From an uncultured Gammaproteobacteria bacterium (GTDB lineage Bacteria > Pseudomonadota > Gammaproteobacteria > Steroidobacterales > Steroidobacteraceae): a stretch of DNA of 64,000 nucleotides. The notes under the pieces are model-generated. The model was not told where the DNA came from and searched no databases. It saw only the letters and a program-made list of their open reading frames with translations. The translations under genes and the position numbers were made by a program. The DNA is taken from NCBI GenBank assembly GCA_963728295.1, contig CAVSKB010000004.1:18963-82962 (forward strand), given 5' to 3'. Shown here one piece after another: positions 11,075 through 23,893 of the stretch; the first letter of the stretch is position 1, and each line of letters begins with the position of its first letter.

Positions 11075-12616
11075 ATGTCCATCAAGGCTTCCGAGATCAG
11101 CGACCTGATCAAGGCCCGCATCCAGAACTTCGCGGCCGCTACCGAGGCGCGCAGCGTCGGCTCCGTCGTCACGGTGACCGACGGCATCTGCCGCATCCAC
11201 GGCCTGCAGGACGCGATGCAGGGCGAGATGCTCGAGTTCCCGAACAACACCTTCGGCCTCGCGCTCAACCTCGAGCGCGACTCGGTCGGCTCGGTGATCC
11301 TGGGCGACTACGAGCACATCACCGAGGGCGACACGGTCAAGTGCACCGGCCGCATCCTCGAGGTGCCCGTCGGTCCGGCGCTGATTGGCCGTGTCGTGAA
11401 TGCACTCGGGCAGCCCATCGACGGCAAGGGCCCGGTGGACGCGAAGGAAACCGACGTCATCGAGAAGGTGGCGCCCGGCGTGATCTGGCGCAAGTCGGTG
11501 AGCCAGCCGGTGCAGACGGGCCTCAAGGCCATCGACGCGATGGTGCCGATCGGTCGCGGCCAGCGCGAGCTCATCATCGGCGATCGCCAGACCGGCAAGA
11601 CCGCGGTCGCGATCGACACGATCATCAACCAGAAGGGCAAGGATCTCACCTGCATCTACGTCGCGGTCGGCCAGAAGGCCTCCACCATCGCGAACGTCGT
11701 GCGCAAGCTCGAGGAGCACGGGGCGATGGCCTACACCATTGTCGTTGCGGCCTCGGCTTCCGAGTCCGCCGCGATGCAGTACGTCGCGCCCTACTCGGGC
11801 TGCACGATGGGCGAGTACTACCGTGACCGCGGCCAGGACGCGCTCGTGATTTACGACGATCTCACCAAGCAGGCCTGGGCCTACCGCCAGGTGTCGCTGC
11901 TGCTGCGGCGTCCGCCGGGCCGCGAGGCCTATCCCGGCGACGTGTTCTACCTGCATTCGCGCCTGCTCGAGCGCGCGGCGCGCGTCAACGAGGACTACGT
12001 CGAGCGCTTCACCAAGGGCGCGGTCAAGGGCAGGACGGGCTCGCTCACGGCCCTGCCGATCATCGAGACGCAGGCCGGCGACGTCTCGGCCTTCGTGCCC
12101 ACCAACGTCATCTCGATCACTGACGGGCAGATCTTCCTCGAGACCGACCTCTTCAACGCTGGCATCCGGCCCGCGATCAACGCCGGCATCTCGGTGTCGC
12201 GTGTCGGCGGAGCGGCGCAGACCAAGGTCATCAAGAAGCTGGGCGGCGGCATCAGGCTCGCGCTCGCGCAATACCGCGAGCTCGCGGCCTTCGCTCAGTT
12301 CGCATCCGACCTCGACGCCACCACGTTGCGCCAGCTCGAGCGCGGCAAGCTGGCCACCGAGCTGATGAAGCAGCCGCAGTACGCGCCGCTGTCGGTCGCC
12401 GAGCAGGCCATCACCTTGTTCTCGGTCAACAAGGGCTACCTCGACGACGTCGAGGTCCCCCGCGCGCTCGCCTTCGACGCCGCACTGCGCGCCCACGTCA
12501 AGTCGAAGTCCAAGGATCTCTACGACCGGATTCAGAGCACCATGGACCTGTCGGCCGACGACGAGAAGGCGTTGAGCGCGGCCGTCGAGGACTTCAAGAA
12601 GAACGGCGCCTACTGA
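11075..12616 (+). CDS. atpA: F0F1 ATP synthase subunit alpha
   Basis: 513-aa ORF with Walker A GDRQTGKT and full-length family similarity. Confidence 0.97.
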   Translation: MSIKASEISDLIKARIQNFAAATEARSVGSVVTVTDGICRIHGLQDAMQGEMLEFPNNTFGLALNLERDSVGSVILGDYEHITEGDTVKCTGRILEVPVGPALIGRVVNALGQPIDGKGPVDAKETDVIEKVAPGVIWRKSVSQPVQTGLKAIDAMVPIGRGQRELIIGDRQTGKTAVAIDTIINQKGKDLTCIYVAVGQKASTIANVVRKLEEHGAMAYTIVVAASASESAAMQYVAPYSGCTMGEYYRDRGQDALVIYDDLTKQAWAYRQVSLLLRRPPGREAYPGDVFYLHSRLLERAARVNEDYVERFTKGAVKGRTGSLTALPIIETQAGDVSAFVPTNVISITDGQIFLETDLFNAGIRPAINAGISVSRVGGAAQTKVIKKLGGGIRLALAQYRELAAFAQFASDLDATTLRQLERGKLATELMKQPQYAPLSVAEQAITLFSVNKGYLDDVEVPRALAFDAALRAHVKSKSKDLYDRIQSTMDLSADDEKALSAAVEDFKKNGAY

Positions 12617-12630
12617 GCCGGTAACCGATC

Positions 12631-15001
<2,371 letters not shown>

Positions 15002-15021
15002 CGGGAAGGGGAGAGCGAAGC

Positions 15022-15447
15022 ATGGCAGCCACGATGCACATCGACGTCGTCAGTGCGGAGGAGTCCATCTACTCCGGCGAGGCGGAATTCGTGGTGCTGC
15101 CGGGCATCATGGGCGAGCTCGGCATCTACCCGCGCCACACGCCGCTGATCACGCAGATCAAGGCCGGCACGGTGCGCATCAAGGTGCCGGGCAAGGCCGA
15201 GGAAGAGTTGGTGTACGTGCAGGGCGGCTTCCTGGAGGTGCAGCCCGATCACGTCAACGTGCTTTCAGACACGGCGATCCGCGCTGCGGACCTCGACGAG
15301 GCCAAGGTGCTGGAGGCAAAGCGGGTGGCGGAAGAGGCCGTCCGCGCGCGCACGGAGAAGCAGGGAATCGCGACCGCGGAAGCCGAGCTCGCGGCCATAT
15401 CGGCGCAGTTGCAGGCCATCCAGAAGCTGCGCAAGACGCGGCGCTAA
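15022..15447 (+). CDS. atpC: F0F1 ATP synthase subunit epsilon
   Basis: 141-aa ORF directly after atpD, with a typical beta-sandwich N-terminal sequence ([23 protein letters not shown]). Confidence 0.93.
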   Translation: MAATMHIDVVSAEESIYSGEAEFVVLPGIMGELGIYPRHTPLITQIKAGTVRIKVPGKAEEELVYVQGGFLEVQPDHVNVLSDTAIRAADLDEAKVLEAKRVAEEAVRARTEKQGIATAEAELAAISAQLQAIQKLRKTRR

Positions 15448-15462
15448 CCGGCTCGGCGCCAG

Positions 15463-16827
15463 ATGCCGCTCTCCGTCGTGATCCTCGCTGCCGGCCAGGG
15501 CAAGCGGATGAAGTCCGACCTGCCCAAGGTCCTGCAGCCGCTGGCCGGGCGGCCGCTGGTCTCGCACGTGGTCGACTCTGCGCGAGCGGTGGGGGCGTCG
15601 GACATCCATGTCGTCTACGGGCACGGCGGCGAGCGCGTCCGTGAGGCACTGAACGACGACGCACTGCGCTGGGCCCTGCAGGCCGAGCAGCAGGGCACCG
15701 GTCATGCCGTCATGCAGGCGATGCCGGGCGTCGCCGACGATTCCCGGGTGCTGGTGCTCTACGGCGACGTGCCACTCGTACGCCCCCAGACCCTCGAGCG
15801 CCTCGTCGCGGCGGCGAACGACCGGACGCTTGCCGTGCTCTCGGTGCGAATGAACAACCCTACGGGCTACGGTCGCGTCATCCGCGACCGCGCCGGCCGC
15901 GTGGTGCGCATCGTCGAGCACAAGGATGCGAATGCGAAGGAGCGCGCCATCGACGAGGTAAATACCGGGCTGATGGCGGCACCCGCCGCGCGCCTGAAGG
16001 CGTGGCTGGGCCGCCTCACGAACGAAAATGCGCAGGGCGAGTATTACCTGACCGACGTGGTTTTGCAGGCCGTGAAGGACGGCATCGCCGTCGAAGGCGT
16101 GCTGGCGGAATCCGAGGAAGAGGTGTTGGGCGTGAATGACAAGCAGCAGCTGGCCGAAGTGGAAGCCGTGAACCGCCGCCGCCGTGCGGAGGAACTGATG
16201 GCGCAGGGCGTGACGCTCGTCGACCCGGCGCGCTTCGATGCGCGCGGGCCGGTGGAGGTCGGCCAGGACGTCTACATCGACGTCAACGTCGTCTTCGAGG
16301 GTACCGTAAAGCTCGGCGACCGGGTCCGGATCGGCCCGAACGTCGTGCTGCGCAACTGCACGATCGGTGCGGACACACAGATCTTCCCGAGCTGCGTGTT
16401 GTATGACGCCGAGATCGGGGCGCGCTGCAACGTCGGCCCGTTCGCGCGGTTTCGCCCGGGTGCGGTGCTGGAAGACGACGTGCACATCGGAAATTTCGTC
16501 GAAGTGAAGAAATCCCGGATCAAGCGTGGCTCGAAGGCGAACCACCTGAGCTACATCGGTGACGCGACGGTGGGTGAGCAGGTGAACGTGGGCGCCGGCA
16601 CTATCTGCTGCAACTACGACGGTGCGAACAAGTGGCCGACCGAGATTGGCGATGGCGCCTTCATCGGCTCGGGCACGATGCTGGTCGCCCCGGTAAAGGT
16701 CGGGGCGAACGCGACCATCGGCGCCGGCTCGACGATCACGAAGGACGCGCCGCCGGACAAGCTCACCATCGAGCGCAGCACGCAGCTCACCATCGAGGGC
16801 TGGAAACGACCGCAGAAGAAGCAGTGA
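15463..16827 (+). CDS. glmU: Bifunctional UDP-N-acetylglucosamine pyrophosphorylase / glucosamine-1-phosphate acetyltransferase
   Basis: 454-aa ORF with LAAGQGKRMKS and C-terminal left-handed beta-helix hexapeptide repeats. It starts 15 nt after atpC. Confidence 0.95.
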   Translation: MPLSVVILAAGQGKRMKSDLPKVLQPLAGRPLVSHVVDSARAVGASDIHVVYGHGGERVREALNDDALRWALQAEQQGTGHAVMQAMPGVADDSRVLVLYGDVPLVRPQTLERLVAAANDRTLAVLSVRMNNPTGYGRVIRDRAGRVVRIVEHKDANAKERAIDEVNTGLMAAPAARLKAWLGRLTNENAQGEYYLTDVVLQAVKDGIAVEGVLAESEEEVLGVNDKQQLAEVEAVNRRRRAEELMAQGVTLVDPARFDARGPVEVGQDVYIDVNVVFEGTVKLGDRVRIGPNVVLRNCTIGADTQIFPSCVLYDAEIGARCNVGPFARFRPGAVLEDDVHIGNFVEVKKSRIKRGSKANHLSYIGDATVGEQVNVGAGTICCNYDGANKWPTEIGDGAFIGSGTMLVAPVKVGANATIGAGSTITKDAPPDKLTIERSTQLTIEGWKRPQKKQ

Positions 16828-16843
16828 CGGGATTATTCGCCCC

Positions 16844-16863
16844 CAGCTGCCGTGAAGCAGCTG
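16844..16863. other. Perfect 7-bp inverted repeat just after the glmU stop
   Basis: CAGCTGC (16844-16850), loop cgtgaa, GCAGCTG (16857-16863). No T-tract follows, so a terminator role is doubtful. Confidence 0.25.
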
Positions 16864-17195
16864 CCGCGCAGCGCAACCAGGGAGTAAGCAATGTCGAATG
16901 CCCGAGTGCGATCGTGGAGTCTTGAGCTCCGTTGCTGGCCGCAGCTGTGCCTCCGCACCGTCAGGTGGCCGTTATTCTGTGAAATCGATGCAGGCTAGGG
17001 TTTCGATCGCGCCTATCATGGCGCAGGCCCGGAGGGACCCGGCCGACGCCGGATCCTCCAGGAATCGTGGGGATCTTCGTACGCACTTGATCGCAATCGC
17101 AATTCTGCTAGCCTCCGCAACCCCGGTACGAAGCGGCCAGGACTCACGCTCCCGGTGAGCGGCCCCGCATCGGCTCTGAGACCAAGGACCCGCTC

Positions 17196-19031
17196 ATGTG
17201 TGGAATCGTAGGCGCCGTCGCCGACCATGACATCGTCCCGATCTTGATCGACGGACTGCGCCGGCTCGAGTACCGCGGCTACGACTCCGCCGGCGTCGCC
17301 GTTCTCAACGGCACCGGTACGATCAGGCGCACGCGCACGGTCGGCAAGGTGCGAAATCTCGAAGACGCGCTCAAGGCGGACCCCGCGCACGGCAAGCTCG
17401 GCATCGCACACACGCGCTGGGCCACTCACGGCGTGCCGAGCGAGCGCAATGCGCATCCGCACATCTCCCGCGACGGGATTGCGATCGTCCACAACGGCAT
17501 CATCGAGAATCACGAGGAGCTGCGCGCGGAACTGCTGAGTCACGGCTACGAGTTCGCCTCGGAGACCGACACCGAAGTCATCGCGCATCGCATTCACTAT
17601 CACCTCAAGATTACGGGTGACCTGTTCAAGGCAGTGCGCGCGACCGCGGCGGAGCTCGAGGGCGCGTACGCGCTTGCGGTGATGTCACAGCATGACCCCG
17701 ACCGCATCGTCCTCGCCCGCGAGGGCTGCCCGGTCGTCATCGGGCTGGGTGAGGACGAGAACTACGTCGCGTCCGATGTGGCGGCGCTGCTGCCGGTGAC
17801 GCGTCGGTTCGTCATCCTGGAGGAAGGTGACGTCGCGGAGATCCGCCGCACGAGCTATCGCATCCTCGACCGCGAAGGAAACACCGTGCAGCGGGCCGCG
17901 CACCAGAGCGAGCTGTCGGCGGACTATGCGGAGAAAGGCGAGTACCCGCATTACATGCTCAAGGAGATCCACGAGCAGCCGCGTGCGGTGGCACAGACGC
18001 TGCAGGAACGCGTCGCCGGCGGAAAGCTCCTCGAGGCGGCGTTCGGCCCGGCGGCGACAGCTGTCTTTGCGCGTACCGAGGCCGTGCGCATCGTGGCGTG
18101 CGGGACCAGCTTCCATGCGGCGTCGGTCGCGAAGTACTTCGTCGAGCAGATCTGCCGCCTGCCCTGCTGGGTCGAGATCGCGAGCGAGTACCGCTATCGC
18201 AACCCGGTCGTGCCGCGGAACACGCTGTTCGTCAGCGTGTCCCAATCCGGCGAGACCGCGGACACGCTGGCCGCGCTGCGGCTCGCGAAGCAGGCCGGGT
18301 ATCTCTCGCAGCTCGCGATCTGCAACGTGCCCGAGAGCTCGCTGGTGCGCGAATCGGAGCTCGTCATGCTGACACGCGCGGGTCCGGAGATCGGCGTCGC
18401 GTCGACCAAGGCGTTCACGACGCAACTCGCGGCACTGGGCATGCTGGTCGTGGCACTTGCAAAGCATCACGGTACGGACGCGGAGCGCGAGCGAGGGCTC
18501 GTGCAGCGGCTGCTGGGAACACCTTCCCTGATCGAGAGCGCGCTCGCGCTCGATGGGCGCATCCGCGAGCTCGCGCAGCGCTTCGCCGACAAGCAGCACG
18601 CGCTGTTCCTCGGGCGTGGGCCGATGCATCCGATCGCAATGGAGGGTGCGCTCAAGCTCAAGGAAATTTCGTATATCCACGCCGAGGCCTACCCCGCGGG
18701 CGAACTGAAGCACGGGCCCCTCGCGCTGGTGGATGCCGAGATGCCGGTCATCGCCGTCGCTCCCAACAACGACCTGCTCGAGAAACTGAAGTCGAATCTT
18801 CAGGAAGTGCGCGCGCGTGGCGGCGAGCTTTATGTGTTCGCGGATCCGGAATCCGGTATCGAGCCCTCGGACGGAGTTACCGTGATCCAGATGCCGCGCC
18901 ACGTCAGCTACACGCAGGCGCCGGCGGTCTACACGGTTCCGTTACAGCTCCTCGCGTATCACTGCGCGATACTACGGGGAACGGACGTGGACCAGCCGCG
19001 GAACCTCGCCAAGTCGGTCACCGTCGAGTAG
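17196..19031 (+). CDS. glmS: Glutamine--fructose-6-phosphate aminotransferase
   Basis: 611-aa ORF with the MCGIVGA N-terminal nucleophile, two SIS domains and a KSVTVE C-terminus. Confidence 0.96.
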   Translation: MCGIVGAVADHDIVPILIDGLRRLEYRGYDSAGVAVLNGTGTIRRTRTVGKVRNLEDALKADPAHGKLGIAHTRWATHGVPSERNAHPHISRDGIAIVHNGIIENHEELRAELLSHGYEFASETDTEVIAHRIHYHLKITGDLFKAVRATAAELEGAYALAVMSQHDPDRIVLAREGCPVVIGLGEDENYVASDVAALLPVTRRFVILEEGDVAEIRRTSYRILDREGNTVQRAAHQSELSADYAEKGEYPHYMLKEIHEQPRAVAQTLQERVAGGKLLEAAFGPAATAVFARTEAVRIVACGTSFHAASVAKYFVEQICRLPCWVEIASEYRYRNPVVPRNTLFVSVSQSGETADTLAALRLAKQAGYLSQLAICNVPESSLVRESELVMLTRAGPEIGVASTKAFTTQLAALGMLVVALAKHHGTDAERERGLVQRLLGTPSLIESALALDGRIRELAQRFADKQHALFLGRGPMHPIAMEGALKLKEISYIHAEAYPAGELKHGPLALVDAEMPVIAVAPNNDLLEKLKSNLQEVRARGGELYVFADPESGIEPSDGVTVIQMPRHVSYTQAPAVYTVPLQLLAYHCAILRGTDVDQPRNLAKSVTVE

Positions 19032-19039
19032 CCGCGTCG

Positions 19040-19459
19040 ATGAACGATCCGCTGCCCGTGGGCGCGAGTCCGCGCCTGCCCGAGCCCGGGCTCGTGAGCT
19101 ACACACACTGGATGTACGCGCTGCATGCGCTTGCGGCATTCATCGGCATCGTGAGCTCGGCGGCCGTCGCGCTGCAGTTCGTGTTCGGCATCCCCTCGAT
19201 CATCGCGATCGTCATGAACTACGTGAAAGCAGGCGAGGTGCGCGGCACGTGGCTCGAGAGCCATTTCGCCTGGCAACGCCGCACGTTCTGGTTCGCGCTG
19301 CTGTGGGTATCGATCGTGTTCGTCCTTTCGCTGCCCCTGTTCCTGATCCTGATAGGTTTTCTCACCTTCGGCATCGGGGTGCTGTTGATCGGGGTGTGGG
19401 TCATCTATCGCGTCGCACGCGGCTGGCTGAGACTGCGCGACGCCCAGCCGATCGCATAG
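19040..19459 (+). CDS. Small integral membrane protein of unknown function
   Basis: 139 codons from ATG 19040, forming the tail of ORF 18098..19459. It has three to four hydrophobic helices (ALHALAAFIGIVSSAAVAL, FWFALLWVSIVFVLSLPLFLILIGFLTFGIGVLLIGVWVIY). No family is assigned with confidence. Confidence 0.55.
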   Translation: MNDPLPVGASPRLPEPGLVSYTHWMYALHALAAFIGIVSSAAVALQFVFGIPSIIAIVMNYVKAGEVRGTWLESHFAWQRRTFWFALLWVSIVFVLSLPLFLILIGFLTFGIGVLLIGVWVIYRVARGWLRLRDAQPIA

Positions 19460-19480
19460 TTCCCGGATCCGGAGGTTCGC

Positions 19481-19969
19481 ATGCAGGTTGCGCAGGACAA
19501 GGTCGTCCTCTTTCACTACACGCTCACCAACGATGCCGGAGAGGTGCTCGACAGCTCCGCCGGCAGCGAGCCGCTCGCGTACCTGCACGGCCAGGGGAAC
19601 ATCGTCGCGGGGCTGGAGAAGGCGCTCGACGGCCGGGCGGCGGGCGACAAGCTCGATGTGCGCGTCGAGCCGGCCGAGGGTTATGGCGTCCACGACGCTG
19701 CGCTCGTGAAGCGCGTGCCGCGGCGGTCATTCGGCTCGGTCGGCAACATCAAGCCCGGGATGCAGTTCCAGGCGCAGCTCGAGCGCGGCCAGATGCGCGT
19801 GGTAACCGTCACCGCCGTGAAGGGCGACATGGTGACCGTGGACGGAAACCATCCGCTTGCGGGGCAGAACCTCAATTTCGCCGTGGAGATCACCGAGGTC
19901 CGCGATGCCACGGCCGAGGAGCTCGCGCACGGTCACGTGCACGGTCCCGGCGGCCATCATCACGGCTGA
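19481..19969 (+). CDS. slyD: FKBP-type peptidyl-prolyl isomerase, SlyD-like, with a His-rich tail
   Basis: Motifs VVLFHYTLTNDAGEVLDSS and HPLAGQNLNFAVEITEVR, with the C-terminus [13 protein letters not shown]. Confidence 0.82.
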   Translation: MQVAQDKVVLFHYTLTNDAGEVLDSSAGSEPLAYLHGQGNIVAGLEKALDGRAAGDKLDVRVEPAEGYGVHDAALVKRVPRRSFGSVGNIKPGMQFQAQLERGQMRVVTVTAVKGDMVTVDGNHPLAGQNLNFAVEITEVRDATAEELAHGHVHGPGGHHHG

Positions 19970-21639
19970 GCGGCCGGCATCTCGACGGGTGGAAGCCTGA
20001 AATCGCTGTCGAGCGCGGCAAGCGTAGGTGCGTCGCGACCGTAGACGTCGTTGCGGAACATGATCTGCCCGTCGGGCGTGGGTTGCGCCGTCCAGTAGAG
20101 GATCAGCACAGGTATCGGTTTCGCCAGGTTGACCGTGCGGGTCTGGCCGCTCTTGATTACCGACTGGATCGCTTCCGCATTCCACTGCACCGGATCATTG
20201 AGCACGAGCTCGGTGAGCTCGAACGGCTCGTGCAACGCGGATGCATCCCGAGCTGAAGGCCCGCTCATCGCGGTCGTACAGCGACTTTGCCGGAGAATCG
20301 TGCAGGTACACGAGATAGGGATTCGGGAACATGATCTTTACGAGGCCGAGCGAGTTGTCGGGGCCGGGGTCCTGCCGCAGCTGGTATGGGACGGAGTTGC
20401 CGGTAGCGGCGTCCAGTCTACGGACCAGGGCGACACCTCCTGGCCATTGCCATCAATGACCCGGATGCGATGCCGCGCGAGATAGCCCGGATCGCGCTTG
20501 ACCGCAGGCAGCGTGTCCTTGGCGAGGATGCCGGGCGGTATCGTCCAGGTCGGGTTCAGGACCACGTAGGTGATCTCGGACTTGAACACCGGTGTTTCCC
20601 GATACGGGCGCCCGACGACCACCTTGGATGTCCAGATCGGCTCGTTGTCTCGGAAGTAGGCGACGTCGAAGCCCGCCACGTCCACCAGCACGAACTCGCC
20701 CTTGATCTCGTGAAGCACCCAGCGACCGCGCTCCAGGTTGACACGCAGCTGGTCGATACGCGCACCGGCCGGCACGTTCATCGCTGCGCGCGTCGCAGCG
20801 CCTACGGCGCCGTCCGGCGTCATGCCGTGCCGCACCTGGAAGCGCTTCACCGCAAGCTCGAGGGAGGGATCGAAGAGGTCCGGCTCCGTGACGCGTGCGA
20901 CGCCGAGATCGCCCGTCACCTCGAGCCGCCGGCGCAGCACCGGTACCCGCGGATCGGTCACCCCGGGCTTGAGCGTCGGACCCTCGGTCACCTCCGGCCA
21001 GCCGCCGTTCGCAGCGATACGGCGGTACTCCCGCAACTGCTCGCGTCCGCGTCGATACCACACGTGCTGGGGACGAATCTCGATAAAGGTCTCGACGATG
21101 CGGCCGGTGTCGAGCGCCCGGATCAGGAGCTCGCGCGCGTCGGGTGTGCGTGGCGGTCGCGACGGATAATTCCACTGCGTGCTGAGCTTGACCGGATCGA
21201 CCTTGCCGCCGTGCAGATGAAACAGCGCGAGCGCCATCGCATCGGTCGCGAGCAGCTCGAGACCCGCCTGCTCCGTGGCCTCGAGACCGGTTGCGGACCG
21301 AAGCTCGGACCGCAGTGCCTGGAGAGTCGCGTAGTGGTAGTCCTCGGGATGGAGCCCGTCGAGTTCCATGTCGCGCAGCGCCGCGATCAGGTGGTCAAGC
21401 CGTGCGCCGTTCGTCCAGGCCGGGGCGAACTGCCGGTCCTCGAAGATCGCCGCGACGGCGTCGGCGAGGACGATGCGCTCACCCCGGATCGAGAAGTCCT
21501 GCGCGTAGCGGAGCTCATCGACCCTCGCGCGGATCGCCTCCGATTGCGCATTGACCGGGGCACCGGCCGGGTCGGCGCCCGCCTGCGCGAGCCATGCGCC
21601 GAGAACGACGGCCGCGGCGGCGGATGCGATTGCTCTCAT
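19960..21639 (-). CDS. YcbB/LdtD-type L,D-transpeptidase with a peptidoglycan-binding domain; two frame breaks (about 20401 and 20234) as written
   Basis: Signal peptide and PG-binding motif [17 protein letters not shown] are in ORF 20338..21639. The catalytic YkuD segment [55 protein letters not shown] reads only in a third frame. [13 protein letters not shown] and the C-terminus are in ORF 19960..20268, the same frame as the first part. Confidence 0.85.
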
Positions 21640-21666
21640 GCTTCTCCCTGGACGGTTCTCGCCGTA

Positions 21667-22990
21667 TCAGGCCGCGCGTGTCAGCTTTGCCGTGAGATCG
21701 TAGGCGCCCGACCCGGTGATGGTCACATCGGCCCAGTCGCCCGCAGAAAGTTTTCCTGTGCGCGCGATGCGCACGGTGCCGTCGATTTCGGGCGCATCGG
21801 CTGCCGAGCGCGCTACGGCGCCACCCGCCTCGATAGTGTCCACCAGCACGCGCATCGACCGGCCGACCTTCGCCGCAAGCCGATCGGCGCTGATCGCCGT
21901 CGCAAGCTCCATGAAACGCTCGTAACGCTCGTGCTTGACGGTCTCGGGCACGGTGATCCGGCAGCGCATTCGCCGCCGCGCCCTCGACCGGCGAATAGCG
22001 GAAGCAGCCGACGCGATCGAGCCGTGCCTCGGCGAGCCAGTCGAGCAACATCTGGAAATCCTGCTCGGACTCACCGGGAAAGCCCACGATGAAGGTGCTG
22101 CGCACCGTGATTTCCGGGCAGATCTCCCGCCACCGGCGGATGCGTGCCAGCGTATTTTCGGCGTGCGCGGGCCTATTCATGAGCTTGAGTATCCTGGGGC
22201 TGCCGTGCTGGAAGGGCACGTCCAGATAGGGCAGCACCTTGCCTTCTGCCATCAGCGGGATCACGTCGTCGACGTGCGGGTACGGATAGACGTAGTGCAG
22301 CCGTACCCAGACGCCCAGCGTGCCGAGCGCGCGCACCAGGTCGGCGAACCTGGCCCTGACCGGTCGGCCTCCCCAGAATCCGGTCGCGTATCGAAGGTCC
22401 GCACCGTACGCGCTCGTGTCCTGCGAGATTACGAGCAGCTCCTTGACACCGGCTTTGACGAGACGCTCGGCTTCGAGCATCACGTCACCGATCGGACGGC
22501 TCGCGAGATCGCCGCGCATCGACGGGATGATGCAGAAGCTGCAACGGTGGTTGCACCCCTCGGAGATCTTGAGATACGCGTAGTGGCGCGGGGTGAGCCG
22601 GATGCCCTGGGGCGGGACGAGATCGACGAACGGATCGTGCAGCGGCGGCAGCTGATCGTGCACCGCGTTCACGACTTCCTCGTACGCCTGCGGCCCGGTG
22701 ACCTTGAGCACGCTCGGGTGGCGGTCGGTGATCGTCTCGGGCCTGGCACCCAGACAACCGGTGACGATGACCTTGCCATTGCGCGCGAGCGCCTCGCCGA
22801 TCGCCTCGAGCGACTCGTGTACCGCGTCGTCGATGAAGCCGCATGTGTTCACGACGACGAGGTTGGCGTCCTCGTAGGAGCCGACGACGTCGTAGCCCTC
22901 AGCGCGGAGCCGCGTCAGGATTCGTTCGGAATCGACCAGCGCCTTGGGGCAGCCGAGCGAGACGAAACCGATCTTGGGCGGCGCTGACAC
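21667..22990 (-). CDS. rimO: Ribosomal protein S12 methylthiotransferase; frame broken at about 21952 as written
   Basis: [12 protein letters not shown] and radical-SAM [11 protein letters not shown] are in ORF 21515..22990, up to [24 protein letters not shown] and the TRAM domain follow in ORF 21667..22074. The span is 3n+1. Confidence 0.92.
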
Positions 22991-23006
22991 GGGCGGACCG
23001 AGCGGG

Positions 23007-23267
23007 TCAGCCGTACGCGCAGGTTCCGCCGCCGCAGACGGGCGCGCATGGGCCGCTGTCGCAGGGGCGTTTCTTCTCGGTTCCCAGCGAGCCGACCAGG
23101 CTGCCGCCGGTGATGAGCCGTTCGACCTTCGACTTGCCCGGCGTGCCCGCGAGCGGCAGGCCCGCGCGCTTGCACAGGTCGCCCCAGGTCCTGACCCTGT
23201 CGGCCAGCTTGTGGCTGACTTCGACGGTGCGACCGTTGGCGGGACAGTGATAGTCGTACGTGGGCAT
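23007..23267 (-). CDS. Small Cys-rich protein with an FmdB-like N-terminus
   Basis: MPTYDYHC start, inside ORF 23007..23297, and a C-terminal [15 protein letters not shown]. It lies 16 nt upstream of rimO. The first zinc knuckle is not a canonical CxxC, so the family call is tentative. Confidence 0.4.
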   Translation of the reverse strand: MPTYDYHCPANGRTVEVSHKLADRVRTWGDLCKRAGLPLAGTPGKSKVERLITGGSLVGSLGTEKKRPCDSGPCAPVCGGGTCAYG

Positions 23268-23346
23268 GGCAGGCCTGAGACCTGAGCGGGAGTTCATATT
23301 CTAGCCGAAGGCCCTCATCGCCTCCGAACGGGTGGGAGTCGTGTGC

Positions 23347-23847
23347 CTACGCCTCCACCCGGAACTTGAACGCCCGCCTGGTCTTTCGTCCTGCCGAATC
23401 GGCGATCTCGATCGACATCGAGTGCGAACCGGCAGGCAGTGCCGCGGCTGGTGCCTGGATGCCCTGCTCGGTCACCGTGGCCGACTGGCGGATACGCTCG
23501 GTCACATCGAGCCCGATCAAGCCGTAACGGACGTGAAGCGAGTCAAGCACGATCGTCGCGCCAGGACCCGGAGAGAATCGCACCGAGATATCGACAGGCG
23601 ACTTCACGGCCTTTCGCGAGTCAGGCGTCAAGACCTCGATCAGCGGCCCGTCGGCGGCGCGAAGAGACTCGGGTTCGGCAGGCTGGGTCCCGGGCCCGCG
23701 CGTAAGCAGGCTGTGCGCGTCCTTCTCGCGCTGGTATTCGTCCGCGGTCACGAGCTCAAAGCCGGCGTTTCCGGCCGCGAGGCAGGAAAAACCAATCAGG
23801 ACGGATACCAGCCCGATGCTGGCCGCTCGGATGCCGATCGCATTCAT
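23347..23847 (-). CDS. Secreted or lipoprotein of unknown function
   Basis: 166-aa ORF with an N-terminal hydrophobic signal (IGLVSVLIGFSCLAAG) and a beta-rich remainder. No family was recognised. Confidence 0.5.
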   Translation of the reverse strand: MNAIGIRAASIGLVSVLIGFSCLAAGNAGFELVTADEYQREKDAHSLLTRGPGTQPAEPESLRAADGPLIEVLTPDSRKAVKSPVDISVRFSPGPGATIVLDSLHVRYGLIGLDVTERIRQSATVTEQGIQAPAAALPAGSHSMSIEIADSAGRKTRRAFKFRVEA

Positions 23848-23893
23848 GATGGCCTCCCCATTGATGGCCGCGCGGCGGCGGCGGTGATCCCGA

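Noticed and set aside
16828-17195. A glmS ribozyme or riboswitch upstream of glmS.
   Set aside because: That ribozyme is characteristic of Gram-positive lineages. I see none of its conserved core sequence here, and the context is proteobacterial.
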